Assembly (NCBI GenBank): GCA_965203465.1
Contig: CBDBCR010000001.1
Span: 544,001-608,000 of the forward strand
Length of the DNA: 64,000 nucleotides
Direction of reading: 5' to 3'
From: Nitrosopumilaceae archaeon
Lineage (GTDB): Archaea; Thermoproteota; Nitrososphaeria; Nitrososphaerales; Nitrosopumilaceae
The notes below the pieces were generated by a model. The model was not told the DNA's origin, searched no databases, and was given only the letters and a program-made list of their open reading frames with translations. The position numbers were made by a program, and so were the translations under genes. The first letter of the stretch is position 1, and each line of letters begins with the position of its first letter. Shown piece by piece: positions 10,751 to 20,649 of this stretch.

Positions 10751-11174
10751 TCTGGGCCGCTATGGCGCCCTTTTCCAGCTCCACGGGGCGGCCGAACGAG
10801 ACGGGCAGCGTGACGGTCAGCACGTCCTCGTCGGTGTGCGATATGGATATCTGGTGGCCGGCCCCGCCAAGCTCCGCGCGCCACGCGCGTATGCGCTCCA
10901 GCGCGCCCGAGACGTGCCGCTCCAGAAAGTCGGCCTCGACGGGCACGGCCGCAAAGACGCCCAGCTTTACCATGGGGAGCGTCAGGTAGCCGCCCCGGAC
11001 CGGCTCGGACCGCTTGTGCATGCCCTCTATGCGGTCTGCGTCCTCGTCGGGGTCGGCGCCGTAGTCTGGATCGAAATAGCCGGCCACGTTCCTGTCCCCG
11101 TCGCGTATCCAGTACGCGTACCCCTCCTCCAGGTCGAACCGCCACACGGGAGGCCCCCGGGCGCCCCGCTTCAT
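10707..11174 (-). CDS. Hypothetical protein
   Basis: ORF with natural composition (YWIRDGDRNVAGYFDPDY). Confidence 0.65.
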   Translation of the reverse strand: MKRGARGPPVWRFDLEEGYAYWIRDGDRNVAGYFDPDYGADPDEDADRIEGMHKRSEPVRGGYLTLPMVKLGVFAAVPVEADFLERHVSGALERIRAWRAELGGAGHQISISHTDEDVLTVTLPVSFGRPVELEKGAIAAQITPLLDRLRAAGLL

Positions 11175-11255
11175 AAATGCGGCGCAGTCCGGAGGCCGCG
11201 GCGCCGCGCACAATTACCTACAAATAATTCGGCCGCGCCCGCCGGGGCGTTGCCG

Positions 11256-11534
11256 ATGCCGGAGGAGAGCCGCGAGTTCGTCTCGAGCCTGATAGACTAC
11301 TACGTGGGCACGGCCGGCTCCTACGTGGATCTTGCCTCGGCGTACCGCGGCGTGGCCGGCTCCGTGCGCGACGCGGCGCTGGGCATGATAGCCGGCAGCA
11401 TCTATTCGGGGTTCATGCAGTCGTACCAGTCCAGGGGGGCCTCGCCCAGCCTGGAGGAGGTGCGCGAATTCAACGAGATCATGCGCGAGTGCGCCCCGCG
11501 GATAATGGAGGCGGTCGAGGGGGCGCTGAAGTGA
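11256..11534 (+). CDS. Hypothetical protein
   Basis: ATG downstream of an AT-rich promoter-like tract; helical protein. Confidence 0.65.
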   Translation: MPEESREFVSSLIDYYVGTAGSYVDLASAYRGVAGSVRDAALGMIAGSIYSGFMQSYQSRGASPSLEEVREFNEIMRECAPRIMEAVEGALK

Positions 11535-11623
11535 AGGCCGACGGCAGCCGGCTCATATTCGTGCTCGGCGTGGCCTTTTCGCTGGCAGTCGCCGCCGTGA
11601 GCCTGGCGCTGGCGCTCGGATAA
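11531..11623 (+). CDS. Small membrane peptide (30 aa)
   Basis: GTG overlaps the previous stop; MKADGSRLIFVLGVAFSLAVAAVSLALALG. Confidence 0.5.
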   Translation: MKADGSRLIFVLGVAFSLAVAAVSLALALG

Positions 11624-11654
11624 AGATAAAAGCCGGCCGCGCGCGGCGCCCCCC

Positions 11655-11972
11655 GTGGGCGAGGTCACCGAGTTTCGGGTGCATCAGATAATAGACAACG
11701 GGCGGGCCGTGCAGATGACCGTGGTGGAGAACCTGAGCACCGAGCCCATCTCGCAGAAGCAGATGATAATGGAGTCGGTCGCAAAGCTCGACGAGGACAC
11801 GCGCAAGCACGTCACGCCGCTGCTCGCGGCCATACTCCAGGCGCAGCCGACCATAAAGATGAAGAGCTACGAGCAGACGACCATGACCATCGCAATGCCC
11901 AAGGGCAGGTACGAGCGCATGGGCAAGCCCGAGGTCGGCTCCATAATCGACATACGGATATCACCCAAGTAG
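11655..11972 (+). CDS. Hypothetical protein, possibly arcadin-1-like
   Basis: C-terminal '[15 protein letters not shown]' motif. Confidence 0.5.
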   Translation: MGEVTEFRVHQIIDNGRAVQMTVVENLSTEPISQKQMIMESVAKLDEDTRKHVTPLLAAILQAQPTIKMKSYEQTTMTIAMPKGRYERMGKPEVGSIIDIRISPK

Positions 11973-13964
11973 AGCGCGCAGCTCTTCGGCCGAGCTGACC
12001 GGGGGCGAGCACGAGCCGTCCCTGCACACGTACGCGCGGGGCTGCCCGAACTCCTTGCCCTCGAAGAACGCCACGCCGGAGAGGGCCTCGAGGGCCTCCG
12101 CCGACGGCACCCGGACGGCTATGGCGCCGGGCAGGCGCCTGCGCCACACGCCCGCGGCCATGCCGTCACCCGAATCCATGACGGTCACCTCCGTCACGCC
12201 GCGCACGTACGCCGCCATCACGCAGAGCGTGTTGCCGAACGCGAACGGGTTCTCGGCGGCCTGCCCGGCGTGCGCCTCCAGCACGCATTCGCACGCGTCC
12301 ATGTATTTTTTTTCGCCCGTCAGGTGGTACAGGCGCAGCAGCAGCGAGGCCGACGCGGAGCTGCCCGACGGCAGCGAGAGGTCGTGCGAGCTCGCGGGCC
12401 TCGAGACCAGCTTTTCGTGGTCTTCCGACGTCATGAACAGCTCGCCGCCCTTGCGGAAGCGGTCCAGCACCGCGCCGGCCATGGCGCGCGCCCCGTCCAG
12501 GTACGCCAGCGACGGCGAGGCTTCGAACAGGTCCAGCAGCGCGCAGCCGTAGAACGCGTGGTCGTCGAGGTACCCGCCTATCTTGGAGGCGCCGCCGGCG
12601 CGTATGCGCAGCAGCCTGCCGCCCTCGAACATGCGCCCGCGTATGAAGCCGACGCACTCGGACGCCGCGTCCAGGTACGAGCGGTCCAGGCTTAGCCGGT
12701 ATCCGGCGACCAGCGCCGATGCCGCCAGCGCGTTCCACGACGTGATGATCTTGCCGTCGAGGCCGGGCCGCGGCCTGCCCGAGCGCTCCTTCAGCAGGGC
12801 GGCCCTGCCCTCGGCCAGTATCCCGGGCATCTGCCCCAGGTCCACGCCGGCGTGCGCTGCCGCGCGCGCGGCCCCGGCCGAAGCGCACAGTATGGTGCGC
12901 CCCTCCCAGTTGCCCCCGTCGGTGATGTCGTAATAGGCGCAGAACGCCTCGGCCTCGGGCGTGCGGCCCAGCGCGCCGAGCACCTCCTTTTTGGTCCACG
13001 TGTAGTAGGCGCCCTCGCCCCCCTCCGAATCGGCGTCGAGCGCCGAATAAAACCCGCCCTCGGGCGAGCGCATCTCGCGCAGCACGAAGTCGAGCGTGCG
13101 CAGCAGCGCCTCCAGGTGGGCCGGATCGCCGGTGGCCCGGTACGCGTCGGCGTACGAGACCGGTATCAGGGCGTTGTCGTAGAGCATCTTTTCAAAGTGC
13201 GGCACGAGCCAGCGCGCGTCCGTAGAGTACCTGTGGAAGCCGCCCCCGACGTGGTCGAAGATCCCGCCGCGCCCCATGCGGTCCAGCGTCTTGGCCGCGA
13301 AGCCGGCAAACCTGGGGCTTTCAGAATACGCCAGCAGGAACGAGACGCACGCCGAGTTTGGGAATTTCGGCGCCGAGCCGAACCCGCCGTTGACCGGATC
13401 TGCCATCTGCAGCAGGTTGACGGCCGCCTCGTCCAGGGACGACTCGGAGACTGGCGCCGACTGGGCCGCCGCGCGCGCAAGGCCCGCGGTGAACTTGCCG
13501 GCGGCCCTGCGCACGTCCGACGGGTTCTCTTTCCATGCCTGCGCCAGCCGGCGCAGCACGCTGCCGAAGCCGGGCCGGCCGTACGAATCCGACGAAGGGT
13601 AGAACGTGCCGACGTGGAACGGCTCCTGGCCGGGTGTCAGAAAGACGCTCAGCGGCCAGCCGCCCTGGCCGGTGGCCGCCTGGCAGGCGCGCTGGTACAC
13701 GTCGTCGATGTCGGGCCTCTCTTCCCTGTCCACCTTTATGTTGACGAAGTTGGCGTTCATGAAGCCGGCTATCTGGGCGTTCTCGAAAGAATCGTGCTCC
13801 ATGACGTGGCACCAGTGGCAGGAACTGTACCCGACGCTCAGGAATATGGGCATGTCCAGCTCGCGCGCGCGGCCCAGCGCCTCGGGCCCCCACGGGTACC
13901 AGTCGACTGGGTTGCCCGCGTGCTGCAGCAGGTACGTGCTCGTCTCGCGCGCCAGCCTGTTCAC
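11961..13964 (-). CDS. Thioredoxin-domain protein YyaL/SSP411 (DUF255)
   Basis: [40 protein letters not shown]. Confidence 0.92.
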   Translation of the reverse strand: MNRLARETSTYLLQHAGNPVDWYPWGPEALGRARELDMPIFLSVGYSSCHWCHVMEHDSFENAQIAGFMNANFVNIKVDREERPDIDDVYQRACQAATGQGGWPLSVFLTPGQEPFHVGTFYPSSDSYGRPGFGSVLRRLAQAWKENPSDVRRAAGKFTAGLARAAAQSAPVSESSLDEAAVNLLQMADPVNGGFGSAPKFPNSACVSFLLAYSESPRFAGFAAKTLDRMGRGGIFDHVGGGFHRYSTDARWLVPHFEKMLYDNALIPVSYADAYRATGDPAHLEALLRTLDFVLREMRSPEGGFYSALDADSEGGEGAYYTWTKKEVLGALGRTPEAEAFCAYYDITDGGNWEGRTILCASAGAARAAAHAGVDLGQMPGILAEGRAALLKERSGRPRPGLDGKIITSWNALAASALVAGYRLSLDRSYLDAASECVGFIRGRMFEGGRLLRIRAGGASKIGGYLDDHAFYGCALLDLFEASPSLAYLDGARAMAGAVLDRFRKGGELFMTSEDHEKLVSRPASSHDLSLPSGSSASASLLLRLYHLTGEKKYMDACECVLEAHAGQAAENPFAFGNTLCVMAAYVRGVTEVTVMDSGDGMAAGVWRRRLPGAIAVRVPSAEALEALSGVAFFEGKEFGQPRAYVCRDGSCSPPVSSAEELRALLG

Positions 13965-13996
13965 GCCGGCTCGCGCGGCGCGTCCATATTTGTAGG

Positions 13997-14203
13997 CTAG
14001 CCGTCCTCCCCCAGCTCGTACATGCGGGCGTTGATCTTTGCGAGCAGCTTTTTCTTGGACTTTTCGGCCTTGCGGTCGTGGCCGTAGTCCTTTCTGGAGA
14101 CCAGCTCTTCCAGCCTCCTGAGCTGCCCCGCGCTCATCTTTTTGATCTCGCCGCGCGAGACCAGCGTCAGCAGCGCGACGCGCTCCATGTCCTCGTTCTT
14201 CAC
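13997..14203 (-). CDS. Small hypothetical protein
   Basis: Basic helical ORF. Confidence 0.6.
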   Translation of the reverse strand: MKNEDMERVALLTLVSRGEIKKMSAGQLRRLEELVSRKDYGHDRKAEKSKKKLLAKINARMYELGEDG

Positions 14204-14276
14204 GCGGCGCCGGCGCGCCGGCCGGCCTTAAGTCTGGCGGGCCGGATTTAATAAGGCCGCCCGGCGGCGCCCGCCC

Positions 14277-15278
14277 GTGAAGGCCATGGTGCTCGAGAGG
14301 CTGGGCCCCATAGAGACGCGCCCCCTCGAGATGAGGGAGGTGCCCACGCACCGCGTATCGTCCCCCCGCCAGGTGCTGATCAGGATAGAGGCGTGCGGCG
14401 TGTGCCACTCGCAGCTTCACGGGATAGAGGGGGACTGGAAGGAGCTCGGCATACCGCCGCAGCTGCCCACCATACCCGGCCACGAGATAGTGGGCACCGT
14501 CGTGGAGGCGGGCCCCGAGGTCACCCGGCTGAAAAAGGGGCAGCGCGCCGGCGTCTCGCCCCTGCTCGAGACGTGCCGCGAGTGCGAGCACTGCCTCGCG
14601 GGCAACGAGCAGAGGTGCGCCGACTCGCAGACGCTCGGCGAGGGCATGCGGGGCGGGTACGCCCAGTACGTCAACGTCCACGAGGACTTTGCCGTGCCCG
14701 TCCCAGATTCCATGAGCCCCCAGTACGCCGCGCCGCTGTTCTGCGCCGGCATAACCGCATACAAGGCCGTAAAGGCGGCCGAGCCGGCGCCGGGCAGGAG
14801 CGTGGGGATATTCGGCATGGGCGGCGTGGGCCACATGGCCGTGCAGTTTGCCGCGCTCGAGGGCATGAGGGTCACGGCCGTCTCGCGCGCGCAGAGGCAC
14901 CTGGACGTGGCGCGCAGGCTGGGCGCGCAAGAGGCGCGCGGGTACGGCGAGCTTGCCGGGCAGCTCGATTCTGCGATCGTGCTGGCCCCGTCCGACGACG
15001 CCACCGAGGCCGCCATACGCTCGGTCAAAAAGGGCGGCACGGTCGTGGTCGCGACCATCGGGCAGATACGCGGGTTCGTCGCGTTCGAGGAAAAGACCGT
15101 CAGGGGCACCCTGATAGGATCCGTCCGGGACATGGAGGAGGTGGTCCGGATAGCGGACGAAAAAAAACTCGAGGTGGTGTACGAAGAGTTCCCGATGGAG
15201 CGGGCCAACGAGGTGCTGGAGCGGCTAAAGAACTCGGAGCTGGACGCCAGGGCGGTCCTGGTGCCGTGGAAGAGTTGA
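14277..15278 (+). CDS. Zinc-dependent alcohol dehydrogenase
   Basis: CGVCHS, GHE, structural Zn Cys cluster, GMGGVG. Confidence 0.92.
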   Translation: MKAMVLERLGPIETRPLEMREVPTHRVSSPRQVLIRIEACGVCHSQLHGIEGDWKELGIPPQLPTIPGHEIVGTVVEAGPEVTRLKKGQRAGVSPLLETCRECEHCLAGNEQRCADSQTLGEGMRGGYAQYVNVHEDFAVPVPDSMSPQYAAPLFCAGITAYKAVKAAEPAPGRSVGIFGMGGVGHMAVQFAALEGMRVTAVSRAQRHLDVARRLGAQEARGYGELAGQLDSAIVLAPSDDATEAAIRSVKKGGTVVVATIGQIRGFVAFEEKTVRGTLIGSVRDMEEVVRIADEKKLEVVYEEFPMERANEVLERLKNSELDARAVLVPWKS

Positions 15279-15427
15279 ACTGCAGGCGGTGCCACCACGC
15301 GGGCGAGGCGCACGCAGAATCCGAGTGGGGCGCCTCGATGGCCGGCCTCGGCGAGTGCCGCGTGCCGGGGTGCGCGTGCGGGCAGTACCTGGATCAGATG
15401 GCGTCCATAGACGAGGAGCTGGTCTAG
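15275..15427 (+). CDS. Small Cys/His-rich putative Zn-binding protein
   Basis: CRRCHH...H...C..PGCAC. Confidence 0.6.
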   Translation: MNCRRCHHAGEAHAESEWGASMAGLGECRVPGCACGQYLDQMASIDEELV

Positions 15428-15649
15428 ACGGCGCGCTCGCCCGCCGATCTTGCACGGCGCGACCTGGAAAACGCGCTCTCCAAGATAAACGCCCTGGAGG
15501 TCTCGGCGGCCGACGAGGCGCAGCGGGGGGCCGCCAAGGCGATGCGCGCCGTGGCAGAGGCGCAGCTCTACGCGGTCAACGAGATAGAGCACCTAAAGAA
15601 GGCGATAGACCTGCTCACGCAGATGCTCTTCGAAAAGAGGTCACTTTAG
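15428..15649 (+). CDS. Small hypothetical coiled-coil protein, start codon unclear
   Basis: Open frame ...DLENALSKINALEV...EIEHLKKAIDLLTQMLFEKRSL, in frame directly after the previous TAG. Confidence 0.5.
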   Translation, partial: TARSPADLARRDLENALSKINALEVSAADEAQRGAAKAMRAVAEAQLYAVNEIEHLKKAIDLLTQMLFEKRSL

Positions 15650-16072
15650 CCGGGTGTCGGTCACGCCGCACGAGGGGCACCTGTACAGGCGGCTCTTTTC
15701 CATCTCGCGCTCGACGGACATGGACTTGCCGCAGCAGGCGCACGAGACCTCCTCTGCGTTGCACGGGGGCCTGTACTTTTGCAGTATCTGGCCCACCACG
15801 CGCTCCCTGCCCGTCTCGGACGATCCGAACATGGGCAGGACGGCCACGTGCAGGTTCTTTTCCGAGCCGGCCCGCCGCATCCAGCACCCGAACTTGGGGT
15901 TTTTGGTGAAGAACGCCGGATCGTCGGACTTTGCGCACTGGCCCGCATAGACGACCGAGAACCGCTCCCCGTCGACCGCGAGCAGCACGTACACGACCTC
16001 CTCCATGGGCGGGCCCCACTCGGACATGGGGACGGGCCCGAGAAACTCGTACTGGAGTATCTGCAGCGCCAA
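15641..16072 (-). CDS. Hypothetical protein with C-terminal Zn ribbon
   Basis: ILQYEFLGP..EWGPPME; CACC...CPSC. Confidence 0.65.
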   Translation of the reverse strand: MALQILQYEFLGPVPMSEWGPPMEEVVYVLLAVDGERFSVVYAGQCAKSDDPAFFTKNPKFGCWMRRAGSEKNLHVAVLPMFGSSETGRERVVGQILQKYRPPCNAEEVSCACCGKSMSVEREMEKSRLYRCPSCGVTDTRLK

Positions 16073-16149
16073 CGGCCGCGCCGGGCGGCCCCCCGCTTTT
16101 ACACGTTGCCGTGAAACGGTTAAATTCCGAGCGCCCGCCGGCGGGGCCG

Positions 16150-16398
16150 TTGGAGGAGGATCCGCACAACTACCGCGCGGTCGGCTGGTCCATGGTGGCC
16201 GTCGCCGCCGGGCTGGCCGGCATCGGCCTGCTTGCGCTGTTCATCGGCGACGACGTGCTGTACTCGGACAACTTTCAGCGCGCAAAGACGGCCGAGTTCG
16301 AGCACTGCAAGACGATAGACTTCGAGGGGGCCATGTGCGAAAAGTACCGGGATCGCATAAACACGCCGATATCGGGCGTGTTCACCGGCGGCCAATGA
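16150..16398 (+). CDS. Small membrane protein
   Basis: One TM helix and a Cys pair. Confidence 0.6.
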   Translation: MEEDPHNYRAVGWSMVAVAAGLAGIGLLALFIGDDVLYSDNFQRAKTAEFEHCKTIDFEGAMCEKYRDRINTPISGVFTGGQ

Positions 16399-17446
16399 CC
16401 TCGATGTCGTCAAAGTCGAACCTTTCGCACCGGCACGCGTAGCCGAGCACGGACGAGGCGCTCGGCTCCACGCCGCCGCCCTCGACCAGGCGCTTTATCG
16501 GGATGCCGCCGTCCGAGACTATGCGCATGGTGAACCTGCCGCCCCGGCCCTTCCTGAACCGGACCGAGTGGACGGCGCGCTCGGCCCTGCGCCGCCCGTC
16601 CAGGACAGAGACTGCGCCTGCGAGCGAGCGCAGGCCGCGCAGGCTGGGGGCCCGCGTACTCGCGCGCACCGTCACGCCGCACCGTATGCGGGCCGGGCCC
16701 GGCGCCGACCCCGCGCGCCTCATGCGCGAGAGCTGCACGGGCCCCAGGTCGGAGCTGCGCGGGAGGCGCGCGTACCTTCTGGAAGGGTTTATCGCGCGCG
16801 CGAAGAACGGCCTGCCCCGCCCGCCCACCAGGCTGTCGCGGTCCTCGCTGCCCGACCACCCGATCCTTACTTGCGTGCAGCCGTACACGGACGCGATGTG
16901 ATCCGCTATGGCCGACTCCACGCTGCGGCAGCCGGCCTGCCTCTTCTGCGGCACGCCGCGCTCGGACTTTGCGTACCTTCCGCACACCACCACTTCCCTT
17001 GCGCGCACCGCGCACCTGCCCGAGCGCAGCTCCAGGACCACCGACAGATCCGGCTCCGCGCGATCCTGCCTCTTGCCGGAGATGCGCGCGATGCGCTCTG
17101 CCAGCTCGCGCGTGATCTCCGACTTTACGGGCTCGGCGCCGCGCGCGCGCAGCCTGGCCCGCACGGCGTCGTCGCGCTCTGCCACCGACGGGGGCAGCAC
17201 GGCCCCGACAAGGAACGTCTCGTACTGCGCGCGGCCCATCTCGGCGGCGGCGGCTTTGGCCAGCTCGTCCAGCGAGTCGGTCAGGCCGCCGCAGACGCGG
17301 CAGGCCCCCGAGTGCGGGCGCCGCCGCAGGCGGGCCCCGCGCCTGCGCGCGGGCCCGGGCCCGGGCGCGGCAATGCGCCCCAGGCAGGAGTCGCAGAGGC
17401 GGGCCCTTTCCGGCGTCCTGCCGGCCGCGGCCGCGCCCCTAGCCAA
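16382..17446 (-). CDS. pus10: tRNA pseudouridine(54/55) synthase Pus10
   Basis: LCDSCLGR, GRYAK..RGVPQ, GSEDRD, DGGIPIKRLVEG. Confidence 0.85.
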   Translation of the reverse strand: MARGAAAAGRTPERARLCDSCLGRIAAPGPGPARRRGARLRRRPHSGACRVCGGLTDSLDELAKAAAAEMGRAQYETFLVGAVLPPSVAERDDAVRARLRARGAEPVKSEITRELAERIARISGKRQDRAEPDLSVVLELRSGRCAVRAREVVVCGRYAKSERGVPQKRQAGCRSVESAIADHIASVYGCTQVRIGWSGSEDRDSLVGGRGRPFFARAINPSRRYARLPRSSDLGPVQLSRMRRAGSAPGPARIRCGVTVRASTRAPSLRGLRSLAGAVSVLDGRRRAERAVHSVRFRKGRGGRFTMRIVSDGGIPIKRLVEGGGVEPSASSVLGYACRCERFDFDDIEVIGRR

Positions 17447-18752
17447 GCCCCATGCGGCGCAGCATGGACTGCCCCTGCCTCCCGCGCACCATCTTGGCCA
17501 TCTGCTTGGAGTTGTTGTAGCCCTTGCGCAGGTCCTTGACGTCGTGCTCGGTCCGGCCCGAGCCCCTCGCTATCCTCTTTATGCGCGAGGCGTTGAGCAG
17601 GTCGGGATCGCCCCTCTCCTGCGGGGTCATGCTCTGTATTATGTGGCGCCACGTCTCGGTCTTGCCCTCCAGCTTGTCTAGGTCGCCGGCCTTGCCGGCA
17701 AACCCGGGTATGCCCTCGAGCATGCCACGCAGCGAGCCGGACTTTGAGACCTCTTCGAGCTGGAACAAAAAGTCGTCCATGTTCATCTTGCCCGACGCTA
17801 TCCTGCGCATGCGCGTCTCGCCGGCCTCGTTCTCGAGGCGCCTCGCAAGATCCAGTACCGCCTGCACGTCGCCCATGCCGAGCAGCCTGCCGACGAACTT
17901 TGTGGGGGAGAAACTTTCCAGGTCGCCTATCCTCTCCCCGGTACCCACGTACATTATCCGGGCGCCGGTGGCAGCCGACGCCGCGATGGCCCCGCCGCCG
18001 TTGGCCGAGCTGTCGAGCTTTGTGACCATGATCCCGCCCACCGGCACCGCGGCGTGGAACGCGCGCGCCTGCCCCTCGCACTGCTGGCCTATGGTGCCGT
18101 CTATTACGAGCAGCGCAAGATCGGGCTCGGCGGCCCTGCCTATGCGCTTCATCTCCTCGAGCAGGCCCTTTTCCTCCTTGTGCCTGCCGGCCGTGTCTAT
18201 CAGCACCACGTCGGGAGACTGGCGCTCGAAGTGGCGCAGGCCCGCGCGCACGACCTCGTCGGGCTCGCCGCCCCCGCCGTACACTTCCACGTTCGACTTT
18301 TCGCACATGGTCTTCAGCTGCTCTAGCGCGCCGGGCCGGAACGTGTCGGCGCCGATGGCCGCGACGCTGTGGCCCTGCGACGAGAGGTGGTGCGCGAGCT
18401 TTGCGGTGGCAGTAGTCTTGCCGCTTCCCTGTATGCCGAGCATGACTATCCTGTTGGTGGCGCCCGCCCTCATCTGGAATTCGGGCTCGGTGCCCATCAG
18501 CCCGGCAAGCTCGCTGTACAGTATCTTCACGACGTGATCCTTGCGCGAGAGGCCGGGCGGGGGGCTCTCCTCGAGCGCCCGCTTTTTCAGGTTCTGAGAG
18601 ACCTTTTGCACCTGGGCCACGTTGACGTCCGAGCGCAGCAGGGCCGACTGCACGTCGTGGCACAGCCCGCCGACAAGCTCCTCGTCGATGCCGGACGACT
18701 TTACGACGCGCTTTACGGCCGCCCTCAGACTGTCGCGCAGCGAGTCAAGCAC
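17439..18752 (-). CDS. srp54: Signal recognition particle protein SRP54
   Basis: GIQGSGKTT, DTAGR, TKLD, M domain. Confidence 0.95.
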   Translation of the reverse strand: MLDSLRDSLRAAVKRVVKSSGIDEELVGGLCHDVQSALLRSDVNVAQVQKVSQNLKKRALEESPPPGLSRKDHVVKILYSELAGLMGTEPEFQMRAGATNRIVMLGIQGSGKTTATAKLAHHLSSQGHSVAAIGADTFRPGALEQLKTMCEKSNVEVYGGGGEPDEVVRAGLRHFERQSPDVVLIDTAGRHKEEKGLLEEMKRIGRAAEPDLALLVIDGTIGQQCEGQARAFHAAVPVGGIMVTKLDSSANGGGAIAASAATGARIMYVGTGERIGDLESFSPTKFVGRLLGMGDVQAVLDLARRLENEAGETRMRRIASGKMNMDDFLFQLEEVSKSGSLRGMLEGIPGFAGKAGDLDKLEGKTETWRHIIQSMTPQERGDPDLLNASRIKRIARGSGRTEHDVKDLRKGYNNSKQMAKMVRGRQGQSMLRRMGLG

Positions 18753-19428
18753 GGGGGGACAGGCGCGCGCCTGATATTTCAAACCTTCCCCTGCACCGGT
18801 CCCAGACGGCGCCCCCCTCGAGTTCCACAGCGCGCGAGAAGAGGGGGCAGTCTAGCACGATCGTCTCGGCCTCGCCGCCCTCGAAGGCGGGGTTGAACGA
18901 GTGCCTTTCCGCCAGGCCCGCAAGGACGCCGACGTCGCCGGCCGTCACCGTCCTGCCGAGCCACTCGGGCCCGAGCCCGTCGGCGCCGACGCTGACTATG
19001 GCGAACCTGAACCCGTCGCGCAGCAGGTTCCGCATGTGCTCCTTTTGGTCGGCGCCTTGCAGGGGGGAGAGCGCGCCCATCCCCGCCTCGCAGGCGGCGC
19101 GGGCGAACTCGTCTATCTGGAAGCGGCTCGCGATGCCGCCGTGCACCGCCGCCCGCGCGCCGTGCGCCGAGGCCGCCTCCCTCAGCAGCTGGGACATCTT
19201 TGCGGATTCGGCCTCCGTGCCCCGGCCCGCCCCCGCGCGCAGGTGCGCCACGCCCATGGACTCCGACTGCAGGGCGGCCACGTGCGTGCCCGGCTCGTGC
19301 AGCATGTGGCTCTGGTCGGAGTGCGGCGCGACCGTGACGGTGCAGGCTATCTGGTGGCCCGCGCGGCGCGCGAGGTAGGCCGCGTACAGGCCGTCCTTGC
19401 CGCCGGATATCAGGGCCGCGAGTTTCAT
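18745..19428 (-). CDS. dph6: Diphthine--ammonia ligase
   Basis: ISGGKD, FEGGEAET.VLDCPLF. Confidence 0.88.
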   Translation of the reverse strand: MKLAALISGGKDGLYAAYLARRAGHQIACTVTVAPHSDQSHMLHEPGTHVAALQSESMGVAHLRAGAGRGTEAESAKMSQLLREAASAHGARAAVHGGIASRFQIDEFARAACEAGMGALSPLQGADQKEHMRNLLRDGFRFAIVSVGADGLGPEWLGRTVTAGDVGVLAGLAERHSFNPAFEGGEAETIVLDCPLFSRAVELEGGAVWDRCRGRFEISGARLSPRA

Positions 19429-19431
19429 GTA

Positions 19432-19494
19432 GATGCCTCAGTACTCATAACCGTCATCACCGCTCAGATGGCTTTTCCGGTAATCATCGGCATC
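19432..19494 (-). ncRNA. Box C/D methylation guide sRNA (sR-tMet-like)
   Basis: Minus strand GAUGCCG-AUGAUUA(C)-CCGGAAAAGCCAU-CUGA(D')-GCG-GUGAUGA(C')-CGGUUAUGAGUA-CUGA(D)-GGCAUC with a 6-bp terminal stem. Confidence 0.88.
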
Positions 19495-19567
19495 CTTGCC
19501 GGTGCCGGCCGGAGCGTATTTGTAAGTTTGCGGGCCCGCCCGCCTTGCGGGGGCGGGCAGGGGCCAG

Positions 19568-20140
19568 TCAGGGCAGCCTGAGGACTTTGAACGAGACGCC
19601 GGCAAACTCGGGATCGCCGTTGAGCGCGTCAAAAGCCATGTCTGTCGAGTAAAACTCCGGCACTCTGGCGTCCGATGCGAGATGGGCGTGTTCTATGTCT
19701 GCGTGCCCCAAGCCGGCGTACCTGTATCTGGACTTGAGGCCTCCCGTGATGCGCCCAGCATAGTCGGAGATCTTTGAAAGGACGCGGGAATGGTGGTCAA
19801 ACAGCGCATCTGAATAGTTTGCAATCTCGGCGTTTTTGTTATTCACTAGGCTGTTTACGTACCCTGCAAAGCGCCCCTCGATCGACATGCACTCCGATCG
19901 TATACCGGCGTGATCTTAGATCGTAGCGGAAGTTGGTTTGAACTCGCCAGTTGTAAGTTTGCGCAATGCGTGGATCGTCTCTGCCATGGCCAAATTGGAC
20001 ACTACCGCAAAACTCCGCCCGCGCTCGACTCTGTCGAACAGCGGCGAGCATACGCTAAAGAACCTGTCCCTGCCACCCCTCATGTACGCTACCCACATGT
20101 TCGAGTCGTAGTATACACGTTTGACGCCCTCAACCATCAC
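19568..20140 (-). pseudogene. PIN/VapC-domain toxin with in-frame nonsense codon
   Basis: VYYDSN...SNLAMAE, then TAA at 19916-19918, continuing in the same frame to GLGHADIEHAHLA...FYSTD..F. Confidence 0.8.
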
Positions 20141-20620
20141 GTATCTCTCTTATCAGCTCGGTCGCGTCCATGTCGCTTTCGTAGTGTGAGAGTATGCCCT
20201 TGATTGTGGGCGCCGGGCCTTTTCTGGGCTTCAACTTGAATATTCTCGCGAGATCCCTGCTCTGGGCCTCGCTGTCGTACGTGCCGTTGTGGCTGCTCAT
20301 CTTGTCGATCGCACCGCGTACGATCGAAATCTTGTCCTTGTCAGCGGGCGACAAGCTTGGCAGAACGCGGAGGTCGGATTCCCCTACCCTGCCCACAAAA
20401 AAACGTCGGAACGAGCGCACGATCCTGCCAACGTCCTCGTCGTCTACATCCTTTCCCAAAACCTCCCGCACCTTTTCTGCGCTGGTGGACTTTACCATCG
20501 CTTCGTAGAACACGTCCGTGAGCTCGCCGATCTGGTCGGCGGACAGCTTTTCAAACACGGACAGGTCGGCCTTGGAGTATACGGGACGAAGCGGGCACCT
20601 GCGGGTATAACTCTTGCCAT
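20130..20620 (-). CDS. Putative antitoxin upstream of the PIN gene; start uncertain, possibly frameshifted
   Basis: Overlaps the PIN start; C-terminus 'IKGILS....DATELIREIRD' resembles VapB tails. Confidence 0.5.
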
Positions 20621-20649
20621 AGTGACCTTGGGCAGACCGCCCGCCGCGC

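Noticed and set aside
19916-19918. Recoding (Sec/Pyl) in the PIN gene
   Set aside because: The codon is TAA; a nonsense mutation is the simpler explanation.
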